A stretch of 63,990 nt of DNA, the filler included, from Aduncisulcus paluster (taxonomy: Eukaryota): NCBI GenBank assembly GCA_024181965.1. It is 9 parts of 9 records of this genome, joined end to end, with 100 filler letters (N's around TTAATTAATTAA, not from the genome) between each part and the next. Parts side by side here need not be neighbours in the genome. Positions count along the whole stretch, not along the records: positions 21,475 to 41,118 come from BQXS01000045.1; positions 41,219 to 51,372 come from BQXS01000046.1; 7 more parts are not named here. One strand, 5' to 3'. A model generated the notes under the pieces. That model searched no databases. It was not told the origin of the DNA and saw only the letters and a list, made by a program, of their open reading frames with translations. Position numbers and translations under genes: made by a program. Within the stretch, counting starts at the first letter, position 1, and the number at the start of each line of letters is the position of its first letter. This document shows, in pieces, positions 34,401-42,549 of the stretch.

Positions 34401-34486
34401 AGGAACCGGCTGGCCTTCTTAGATTCATTGTTTTTGGAAAGTATTGGAGACTAATTGTCAATCCAATCTCATATTTTGTCGAATAA
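28484..34486 (+). CDS. Very large Ser-rich hypothetical protein (~1888 aa after removing the gap duplication), possible N-terminal EF-hand-like motif
   Basis: Uninterrupted ORF; 336-nt offset duplication around gap 32222-32241; FVLCDKSNKNTIPYSQF. Confidence 0.75.
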   Translation: MGLRQMEAKNELWFEQVRFIFVLCDKSNKNTIPYSQFMPYYQAFKKEMEDQGKIAPPLESPPPSIGLLQMELILTAFSLDDLISFRKLINSILVAQQALTTSWVSIIEVWRRKVRGLIGTPVFKHALYFFPPQVKNSIETSISFKDIIPSSTQVSSIPTHPSSSKHIPTLPFSIPLRRCVQWWEGHSLEDISSCGDMVSAVSEVWKVLCSVKEVCVDACVRIRDIGCSSGVGRVEEVFGKIKDKSERSAGSNRREFDWEVWKHWDGDIQRERAIRGRGGASTLTGAAGGAFVNDIRKKVGQFETIAIDDGDHSPSTPTHHSIPRHSHSSQHYSDDLKTCSNSSEQTAQDKAEEDKAEEEEREEERKVGESSPSKQDTVKREKEITTSEKQEKGNKTSNIDAQEGEEEDFSGFSDGFDTSFGFSSGTPSGTPTRSATPKPCTSVPTSRASSSLKIHRSAPQDSTDEAEDSHVSSTSSNTKTQDTRMVKEKENDSTIIRNQPAVKPIDLDSANTAAEADEGDGKDGVHGPTTTITTGTVDTIEDRVSGDGATHPTQGTNLTSPIPHPPSLPSSSSLRPLFLSHASVRDLSSCSNTLISLLSSLLQTARHGSEEMREVWGLVVCGEGMHILSWAYVVVSALALVIKRTRVWDLQQGQHEQITQPDGATMGIIGGQGDSMTLFQTGHTTGKGHPQSRGRSSSSLSSLSSCSRSTSPSMTGMHQYSTTCSCSLCSSLFSVSIKLHSLASDVVSLLTYAMRYHMHNNIALDTVRESVWAWAGMGRSYEWQTNGTFSEDSKNSGRDVGSDIEGQSTLMEFKEKPSRGTHKKYRSSSASHKKQLKRSGSASTFSVPLSPARFSASTLLAQPLSPIMTQQERAKKQSIQAGGSKDLSDAHSRYILPLILTIPLPHADKLLDGIINVERERLKMEKRPRRAIARKKSLLGRMVYDGTRLDSDEGIGDGMKQNEAESRHSNQHGSGSSWEIFPFVSSIPSLQPSGRRSRSQSPFSRHSYVKLPPVHPSLSIARFTLPSLIHVFTHTTDSYLRESIGELIVLSHAEREADPDALDNEPETQTPHGEQTLPISPRNKKDTASPQHVNTDQLIDDAPVIPKRGSVSSRRIREQATDVMEQRGAVLRMLLELSVAMGSFSSSASSDKTKNRNRQSTATGSNREEEDVVEHAPGHPFSHSSVQTQRLIPEVPPPPPPLPDGLKHQVPNGRSVSNFRGKVEAKKLVSEATKASEANHTTGGDEXXXXXXXGSFSSSASSDKTKNRNRQSTATGSNREEEDVVEHAPGHPFSHSSVQTQRLIPEVPPPPPPLPDGLKHQVPNGRSVSNFRGKVEAKKLVSEATKASEANHTTGGDELKKLMQQNIQDIAKKTFSSCVYLIKPSDVSHILCVQNSEIPYFIHCKYIARIIDLIVSGVSTCLREDSKVQRFSLGHTTHPLASAGSFPAQSAASTSLSATSLTRMPHLHTHTKLLTDLLRHVVHDSSGASALYHMVNAAVFFENHVKRRGLTGFLWRVVSAILPLASNNLPDESLGVIRQALRNASVSQSIFGISVIHCARALVCLRSLVLSGILQLRGQCSALYAESHGFERSDILYSISEVLPLCVGGSAIGIRELSEGIRDWADCSIIAQALGPASMATKYLLPKLQHNSSGMPTISRLASYSSLSMSSVSSPRSKPYVSLEERLLTEPDTIIPSILLSSLRLFLLSASHLHFHSNCVRVCGTDGIRIGEKTIRLLNVSDGVCCTSRWDDSSNSKPVPVGISSGCECFNLSPKSACDHVCDCMRMLRLRCDVMMIEKERAKRKGERKDDEVTTSQASERCVISVDELFDDPIFGHYMIMLLGFCVYLKGQPIETACNWLKRRCVNIMEEQGCGRGDDGTVFIRELSHCVCEQECSDFHDNGALNVTNIAPSTAVHSFVNDSKLKQSSERFPKIKNLLSRSIRPPSLSNTSLEHTYGNSLELPEKEVIDDIKEPAGLLRFIVFGKYWRLIVNPISYFVE

Positions 34487-35326
34487 TGCTTGATTTTGAG
34501 CATAGTAATATCAGAATCTTGGCCCATAAATATCTTATTATCAATATCATAATCTCAATATTTCCAATTTATGTTTGATCAAAGGAAGAAGTTGTATTGT
34601 GAATTAAATATTAAAATTTGTATGAGCTTTAATTATATTTTCTCCCTTTCAAATTTACGAGTTTTATCAATAAATAAACAATCATATTCATTAAAGCTTC
34701 ACCGACCTATAATTGTGTGAATTTCAGCCTGAAAGATCTCTGAGAGATCCAAAAAAGGTATATTTGGATTTAAGCATTTTTTTCAGAAAACGATGGTGGT
34801 ACAATAGGTAATTATCCACTTTAAAGAAAAATATTCCATTATAATGATATTAACGGCATAATATCAGGAGATTCATTATTTCAAGGATATCTCAATCAAT
34901 TCTCGATTATTTTAAAAACACATCAGGAAATAAATACAAAATAATTATTATAAAAAAGAATATATTACTATAAATATAATCAGTTCATTATTCAGGAGTC
35001 GAAACGATGACAAAAAAAATCATTTCGTCAAAATGTCAAATACGCGAGTTCGTTTAAATATGTTTAAGAAAGTGATCAAAAAATTCCCTACCTCATTTAT
35101 TATTATCGACTACCATTTTAATAGTGTTGTTTCTACGTAGATCCCGAAGTCAACCTCGGTCAGTTGTTTGACAAATATTTTAAAGCAATTTAAAATTCAA
35201 AAATAATACCAATGAAAAGCCTAAAATATAAAATAATTTCTAGAATAATCTGAAATTGCTTTATTAAAAACACTCCATTCGACAATTTTCTTTCAAGATT
35301 TTTCCTGCCAATTCAAACCTAAAACA

Positions 35327-37263
35327 ATGGAAACATTATCCTACTCTGAATCTATTGATTATTTAATGTCAATGTATGATAAATATGTTGAATTTTGTAA
35401 AGAGAAGTCGGCTGAAATCGAAGCAATTCCAGCGAAAACTAGAGCTCTTATTCGTGCCTTATCAAGTGAACAACGTCCTTACCTAACTCATGTTGTCCAA
35501 TTAAGGAAGGAACTTGCGACTTCAAACAAACGGGAGCAGTTTAAACATCGTGCCGAGATTGCCCTAAAGGCTGGAGGAAACCCTTTCTTATTCCCCACAG
35601 AAATGCTTGCTGGACCTGACATGTTGTCTGATTCAGGTTCTTCCGCCATGGATGCCTCTCAATTCGGAAAGCTGATGATCGGAGATGAGTCTTATGGATC
35701 AAACAAGGGTTGGTTCATATGGAATCAGACCATCAAGGACATCTTCCATCCCAAATTTGGAAATCCTTTTGTCAATCAATCAGATAACGAAGAGCTCAAT
35801 TCCAAGTATTTCAACAAGAAATCCTTCAATTTCCTCTACCATCAAGGCCGTGCTGCCGAGAACTCGCTCTTTAGGAACATTCTTCAAACAATTGTTTTGC
35901 AAGGAGGAAAGGAAGCAGAGGGTGACTGGTACGCGTGTTTCAACACAGCCTTTGACACCACGGGTGGCCATATCCTGAGCCTTTCTCGGACTGAAATGCC
36001 TGATGCTGAGGGAAATCCCGTGAAAGTTGGCCTCAAATTGACCGAGTTTAACAATCCAAAGATCAGGGATGGAACATACAAGAAAGACGATCGATTCCTC
36101 GGAAACTGTGACTTCGATGCTGCCAAGAAGTTCATTGAGGAAAATCACGCTCGGATTGCCATTTTCTATATGACTATCACGAATAATAAGGGTGGTGGTG
36201 CTCCCGTCTCTCTTGATCACATCAGAAAGGTGAGCTCTCTTTGCCACAAATATGACATCCCTTTCTTCTTTGACGCCTGCAGATTCGCTGAAAATGCCTG
36301 GTATGTCCAACGTGACGAGTATCCAGACAAGTCAATACAGGAGATCACTCTCGAAACCTTCGATTGTTGCGACGGATTCCACTNNNNNNNNNNNNNNNNN
36401 NNNTCAGAAAGGTGAGCTCTCTTTGCCACAAATATGACATCCCTTTCTTCTTTGACGCCTGCAGATTCGCTGAAAATGCCTGGTATGTCCAACGTGACGA
36501 GTATCCAGACAAGTCAATACAGGAGATCACTCTCGAAACCTTCGATTGTTGCGACGGATTCCACTCTTCTCTGAAAAAAGATGGGCTTTGCAACATGGGT
36601 GGATGTTTATGCATCGCCCCTGAGGGTGTTTTCGCCAAGAAATACTCGAGCGAGAAGATTGGTGAGCCTTGCATCATTCAGATGCTCACAGACTCTATCA
36701 TTCTGACTGAGGGACACTTTACATACGGAGGTCTTACAGGACGTGATATCTTGGCTCTTTCTGAGGGATTGCGCATTATTGTCCGTCAAAGTTACCTTGA
36801 TGGTCGTATTGGACAGGTTATTCGACTTGGAAATCTCCTCGCTGACCTTGATGTGCCAGTGATTCAACCAGTGGGAGGTTCCGCTGTATATGTTGATATG
36901 GATAAGTTTATGGGGGATCTGGAACCTCATAAAATAGGAACAAGTAAGCGAGGAAAATTTTATGGGTGCGCTGTTGTGATGATTATGCTGGCCTTTGGAT
37001 TCAGAGCGTGTGAACTCGGTGCCCAAGCTTTCTCAAGTCCTTATGGAGTTGCCCCTTACGAGAAACCCGAGGATGTTTCTGGAAATTTCGTGAGACTTGC
37101 TATTCCAAGACATATTTATGCTGATTGTGATTTATATAACATGGCTTTGGTACTTTCATTCTTGAAAGAGCATAGAGACCTCATAAAACATGTTATTCCC
37201 GACGAAGGATGTCGTCGCCTCTCCTTGCACCATTTCAAAACAACTTTTAAGGTAGCCAAGTAA
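35327..37263 (+). CDS. tnaA: PLP-dependent beta-eliminating lyase, tryptophanase-like (~584 aa)
   Basis: AGGNPFL, DMLSDSGSSAM, GDESY, HQGRAAE, FDTTGGH, DACRFAENA, SLKKD (PLP Lys), TYGGL, RLAIPR, LHHF. The two ORFs join in frame after removing the 162-nt duplicate plus gap 36384-36403. Confidence 0.85.
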
Positions 37264-37648
37264 TTACACTTTAATTTATAATATAACTCAAAACGAGTCG
37301 CAAATTTTTCCTATTTTTCATTCAGTTTGATCATCAAAAGTGGTAATCACTAAATGTTTTTGAATGCTTTGAGATTTTATGTATCTAATTGCTATTTGGC
37401 TTTAATATGATTATATCTTTGGTTTTATCATTTTTTTATGTTTTTTTTTTATTGCTAATACATGATAAGAGAAAAAAGAAGTGTCTAGCGTGATAGCAGA
37501 GCTAATAAATTTCTTTTCATGATTGAATATTTATTATTTGGAATTTTGGAGACAATATCAATACTAATTTTCAAAATTAATGTCATGAATTGACAAATAG
37601 AACTCTGGGTTATAATAGTCTATTTTTTTCTCGATTCTGAAACCAAGA

Positions 37649-38723
37649 ATGAAAGACCCAATCAAAGTTGTTGTTACAGGTGCTGCAGGACGAATTGGTA
37701 TGTCCTTCAAATTTGATAAATTGGTTTTTGCTAATATAAGAATATCTAATTGTTTCTTTTTTGTTTGTCTTGCTCATTATTTCCCAAGCCAACAATATTT
37801 TACCGCGAATCTGTCATGGAGATGCTTTTGGGTCCAACCAACCTGTGATTCTGTCCCTTTTGGATATTACACCTGCTTTGCCAGTGTTAAAGGGAATTGT
37901 TATGGAACTTGAAGATTGTTGCTTCCCTTTAATCACCTCTATCGAGACTTCAGACGATCCCAAGGTTGCTCTCAAGGATGCTGACTTTGCTTTGATGCTT
38001 GCTTCTTACCCTTTTAGACCTGGTATGGAAAGGGTTGATCTATTGATCAAAAACAAGGCTATCTTCAAACAACAAGGTATTGCCTTGGATACAGTCGCCA
38101 AGAAGACTGTCAAGGTGCTTGTTGTTGGAAATCCTGCCAACACAAACTGTCTTGTTCTTTCTGAGCATGCTCCTTCCATTCCTAAGGAGAATTTCTGTGC
38201 TTTGACTCGTCTTGACCATAACCGTGCCGTTTCCCTGTTGGCTGCCCGTGCTGGTTGTACCGTTCGGGATATTGATGGTCCTGTGTGTATATTTGGAAAC
38301 CACTCGTCTACGATGGCCGTTTACGCCCATTCTGCAACTGTGAAGGGCAAAAAGATCCAGGACGTAGTTGAGAAGGACTTCTTTTCACGTGAATTCGAAC
38401 CTCTTGTCCAAGTTCGTGGTGGTGCCATCATCAAGGCAAAAGGAACTCCTTCAGTTTTCTCCGCTGCTGCTGCCATCATTGATTGTATTCACGATTGGAT
38501 GGTTGGATCTGAGGGAAGAATTGTATCAATGGCTGTTGCTTCGTCCGGCAAATATGGAATCCCCGAAGGAGTGTTCTTCTCCGTTCCTTGTAAATGTGAG
38601 GATGGTAAGTATGAAGTTGTTGACTTGGATATAGATCCCTCTTACAAGGAAGAATTCGAGGCAAAGCTCCAAAAATCTTACCAAGAACTCATTTCTGAAG
38701 CTAAATTAGCTGAAATATATTGA
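37649..38723 (+). CDS. Cytosolic MDH-family 2-hydroxyacid dehydrogenase; two exons (37649-37697, 37789-38723), 327 aa; substrate uncertain
   Basis: Splicing a 91-nt GTATGT...AAG intron gives VVVTGAAGRIANNILPRI; VGNPANTN, LTRLDHNRA, GNHSST. Confidence 0.9.
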
Positions 38724-39125
38724 AAAAAAAGATCTTCATTAGTAGTATTCTACAATTTATCTTTTCTTTCTGTTTAAAAAATCGATCGTCGATCATCGTC
38801 TATGATAGATGATCTATCCTAAATTTTTAGTTCAAAATAAGTTGTTGAAACTATTTTGTACAATTTAATAAATTCAATACATTCATGAAAATATTTCAGA
38901 AATAAGTTATTTCTAAAAATTCATTTTTTTTTTTTTTCTCAGAAGAAAGGATTGAACTTTGAATCCGGGTGTATTTGTCAAGTAAATTGGTATTTTATAT
39001 TCAAATAACAATGAAGGATTCTTTACTAGATTGATAATATCGCGATAACGAAATAGAGAGAGAGAGGTCCATATAAACTGTTGTTATATAATAAATTATT
39101 GAAATTCACTCCAGATATGAGTATT

Positions 39126-39548
39126 CTATTCGCAAAAAAATGAAATAAAGTCGGTTTCAACTTTGGATTCATCGGGAATTGGAAATTGAAGAAAATGGTC
39201 GATTACAACCTTGGCAACTTCAGATTTAACTTCTTTGTGGACCTTCAATCCAAATGTCTTTTTATATTTCCTTAATGCTGTTATTGGAAGTTGACCAATT
39301 GCGGTCTCAATAATTCTTGATGACTTTTCTAATCGTTCTGAAGGATGAGATTCAAGCAGAGGAGAATCCTCATTTTCATCCTTAACCTGTTCGGTTGGAC
39401 TAGATGGCTTTTTAACAATTTCTGGAGGTACAATTGGGGCTATTGGTGGCTTTCCGGAGTCTATATCTATTTCTGTTGATAATGGTTGTTCTACTTGTCC
39501 TTCAACGACTTGAAGGGTATCTTTTGAGTCTATAGGAATTGTTTCCAT
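39126..39548 (-). CDS. SAP30-like protein (Sin3-binding domain)
   Basis: QLPITALRKYKKTFGL...VAKVVIDHF..PIPDESKVETDFI parallels SAP30 QLQVNTLRRYKRHFKL...LVEIVGCHF..IPVNEKDTLTYFI. Confidence 0.7.
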   Translation of the reverse strand: METIPIDSKDTLQVVEGQVEQPLSTEIDIDSGKPPIAPIVPPEIVKKPSSPTEQVKDENEDSPLLESHPSERLEKSSRIIETAIGQLPITALRKYKKTFGLKVHKEVKSEVAKVVIDHFLQFPIPDESKVETDFISFFCE

Positions 39549-39866
39549 TTGTTCATTGAGACAATGCGAAAAAAAAACACACACTTTCATTTCCAAGAAA
39601 AATAGAATGAGCTTCCGTTGAGTAAACTTGAAGAATTTGCTTCTGCAATATATATAATATACAATTCGTAATAATATTGTTTATATTAATCATCTTTGGG
39701 CAACCAAAATAAAAATGCCATTTAGCGGGTCAATTTTTTAAAAAAGAAATATTAAGGAAATATTTTCGAGTATTTAACATAGAAACAATTAAAAAACAAA
39801 GGGCTATTTGGATATAAATGTTTGCAATTAACTGATACTTTCAATCATCACAATTCTTTTCGAATA

Positions 39867-40683
39867 ATGTATTGTCCAGGTATGATTTATTCAGTTTTAT
39901 AATATTTTGATGAATTATATTGAAATTTTCTTATCTGTTATGTTGAATTCTTAATGCACACTAGTCTGTTCTCTACCATTCGAGTATTGTCCCTACAATC
40001 CAAAAGGAACTGCCACATCTTTCAAAAAATGTGAAAATTATATCAAATCTCATAATGAAGAGATGTGGAAACGGATTTGGGGAAGTCCAGTTGAGATTGC
40101 TGAAGAAATTGTAGATGTCGTGGTAGATAAATCTGAGAAGCCGATTGAACCAATAGTGGAGCCTGAAGAGACAAAAGAAACTGTTGAAAAGGATGAATCT
40201 CATGAAAGTGAGAAAGAGGAGGAAGAAAAGGATGAGGGTAAAGAAGACGAGGAAGAAGAGGTTAAAACCGTATCTTTCTCAGGTGTAACGATCGGAGAAA
40301 ACAAGGAAAAACATATTATTACCGATAAAAAGGGTGACTTGATGCACATTACTCTGGTTCGTTGTGAGATTCGTCCGCGGAAATGGGTGACTCAAGTCTT
40401 CGGTCTTGAGAAACATACTTACATCGATATGAAGAAAGTATCACAGGTTTTGAGGAAGAAATGTGCCACAGGAGCTTCTGTATGCAGTGATACTAGAACT
40501 GGATTCACAATCATTGAAGTGCAAGGAGATGTGGTGCCAATTGTGAAGAATACTTTGATCTCTGACTTTAAAATAGAGGCAAAATTAGTCGTTATTGGAA
40601 AGGATATGAAAAAGAAAGGAAGAAGCAAGAAAGCTAGCAAGAGAGAAGCCCAGAAACAAAGTATTACAAAAAAGAAGAAATGA
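39867..40683 (+). CDS. DENR: Density-regulated protein DENR/Tma22 (Zn-binding N-terminus plus SUI1 domain); exons 39867-39879 and 39965-40683, 243 aa
   Basis: Splicing an 85-nt GTATGA...CACTAG intron gives MYCPVCSLPFEYC; SUI1 motifs RKWVTQVFGL, KKCATGASV, IEVQGD. Confidence 0.88.
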
Positions 40684-40730
40684 TTCAGTATTCAAAATAA
40701 AAATTTTATTTTATCGATCCGTTCCTATAA

Positions 40731-41118
40731 ATAAACGAGTTAAATGCTGGTAAATGATAAAAACATGTTTTATTTTCATTTCCATGCCATGGTGTTTATT
40801 CTCGATATCTCAGGATTTTTGGGACCCCTCAGGACTCCATATAGTTCCATTTCACGTGGTAAGAACATTTATGAACGATTTCATTGCTATTCAATAACAT
40901 GGATATATTTCCATTTCATTTCTATCCTTATCCTTGCCTTTCTGTTCATTTTCACTTGCTTTTGCTTACAATCAAAAATATCAAGAACTCGGAATACGAT
41001 GGTATACATATGTTTGTATACTGCTACGAATCTAATCCCCTGATGCTTCATGGAACACGACATTTCCCCGCAGTCAAATCCAACTCCAAATCCAAATCCA
41101 AATCCAACTACAATGCCA
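40731..41118. repeat. Dispersed non-coding repeat, copy 4 (solo, truncated, no family gene), ending in (TCCAAH)n
   Basis: Matches ~10310-10655; starts ~47 bp after the DENR stop. Confidence 0.88.
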
Positions 41119-41218
41119 NNNNNNNNNNNNNNNNNNNNNNNNNNNNNNNNNNNNNNNNNNNNTTAATTAATTAANNNNNNNNNNNNNNNNNNNNNNNNNN
41201 NNNNNNNNNNNNNNNNNN

Positions 41219-42013
41219 CTCTGTCCTCTATGTAACCAGTTTGTCCATCCTTTGTACATTTCCGAGCATGTTCAGAGAGAAGTCCAGAGTGGTCAATGGG
41301 AAAGGGAGAAAAGGGACTGGCAGGAGAAACAGAGGGTTGTTCGGGGCATGCAGATTGATGACGCACAGTTGTGGGAAGGAATCGTGAAGGTTATGAAGAG
41401 GAATGAGCCAGATATCGCTATAGATGGCACTCATCCGCTCTATCAAGGCGAAATGTCAGAGACACTGCATGATACTGATGGTGCAACATCCACTGAAGGT
41501 CATTTAACGGTGGACTATAAGAGCAGAGAAGCTTCTTCAACTCATCATTCTGAAATGGAAAGAACTGACTTGAAAAAGGAAGAAGAGGAAGAAAAAAGAG
41601 GAGAAAGACGTGTTGTTGACGATATATCAATGGGAAAAGATGAAGAGAGGGAGAGAAAAGGAGTGAAGATGGAAGAAGGAGAGGATTCAATAATTGATCA
41701 GAAACCTGAGAAAGAAGAGGAAAATCCTGAGAAAGAAGAGGAAGAACCAATTATATTCACATTTATTATTACAATTCCACCAAACCCTAAACAGAAATTG
41801 ATGAAAGAAGGAGGATCTGTTGAGATAGTTGTGGGATCAACGGAGGAATTACAAGTTAAAATGTTTGAAATGACAGGTGTTCCAGTGAAAAAACAAAGAT
41901 TTCAGGATTCTGTGTCGAAATCTTTCTTGGATGTCAAAATACCATTACAAGAACAAAGCATTGGGAAAGACCTTATTTTTAAGATAAAAACACGTGGAGG
42001 CAAGAGAAAATAG
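41219..42013 (+). CDS. SF3A1: Splicing factor SF3A1/Prp21, C-terminal part (5' truncated)
   Basis: CPLCNQFVHPLYISEHVQRE...QWERE (Prp21-like) and a C-terminal ubiquitin-like domain ending KTRGGKRK (human ends KERGGRKK). Confidence 0.75.
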   Translation, partial: LCPLCNQFVHPLYISEHVQREVQSGQWEREKRDWQEKQRVVRGMQIDDAQLWEGIVKVMKRNEPDIAIDGTHPLYQGEMSETLHDTDGATSTEGHLTVDYKSREASSTHHSEMERTDLKKEEEEEKRGERRVVDDISMGKDEERERKGVKMEEGEDSIIDQKPEKEEENPEKEEEEPIIFTFIITIPPNPKQKLMKEGGSVEIVVGSTEELQVKMFEMTGVPVKKQRFQDSVSKSFLDVKIPLQEQSIGKDLIFKIKTRGGKRK

Positions 42014-42549
42014 TTCCTGATATAACCAATCATTTACTTGTTTTTATTATTATTAATAATTATTATTAATATTTATTAATAATTTATTAATATTTATTCA
42101 AACAATTTGAGGATGCGTATATTGTATAGTATAGTATAGTATAGTTATCGATTGAAAAGGTAGATCTAAATAGAACCTATCATTGATCATTGAATTTTAG
42201 ATTTCGGTTTGATCCAAGATTTGTTCAGTTTATTCCTTCAAATTCTTTAAATGTAATGTAAATGAAATCTAATTTGAATAATTCAGAATCTGAATATTTA
42301 AAGTTTCATAAAAGAATCTATGAAAAGGATTCTAACTGCATTGAGATAGAGGATCGATAAAGAAAATGCCCAATCGTAAATGCATAAAGATTATACGGAA
42401 ACAATGTCAACAATAACGGGGATGAAATCAGAACGAACACTAAAGTAGCGAGAAAGAATTTAATTATTTAAAAATAGTATATCTCATAGTAGCATAAAAT
42501 TAAAGAAAATTATAAAAGATTGGATGTATATTTTATCCAATTAAAAGAT

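Noticed and set aside
35780-37026. Long antisense and alternate-frame ORFs over real genes
   Set aside because: Shadows of codon bias on the coding strand with no recognisable motifs; the same applies to most short ORFs in the track.
38781-38818. ATCGAT-rich palindromes in several 3' flanks as a terminator signal
   Set aside because: The count is near what chance would give in this much intergenic DNA, and spacing is inconsistent.
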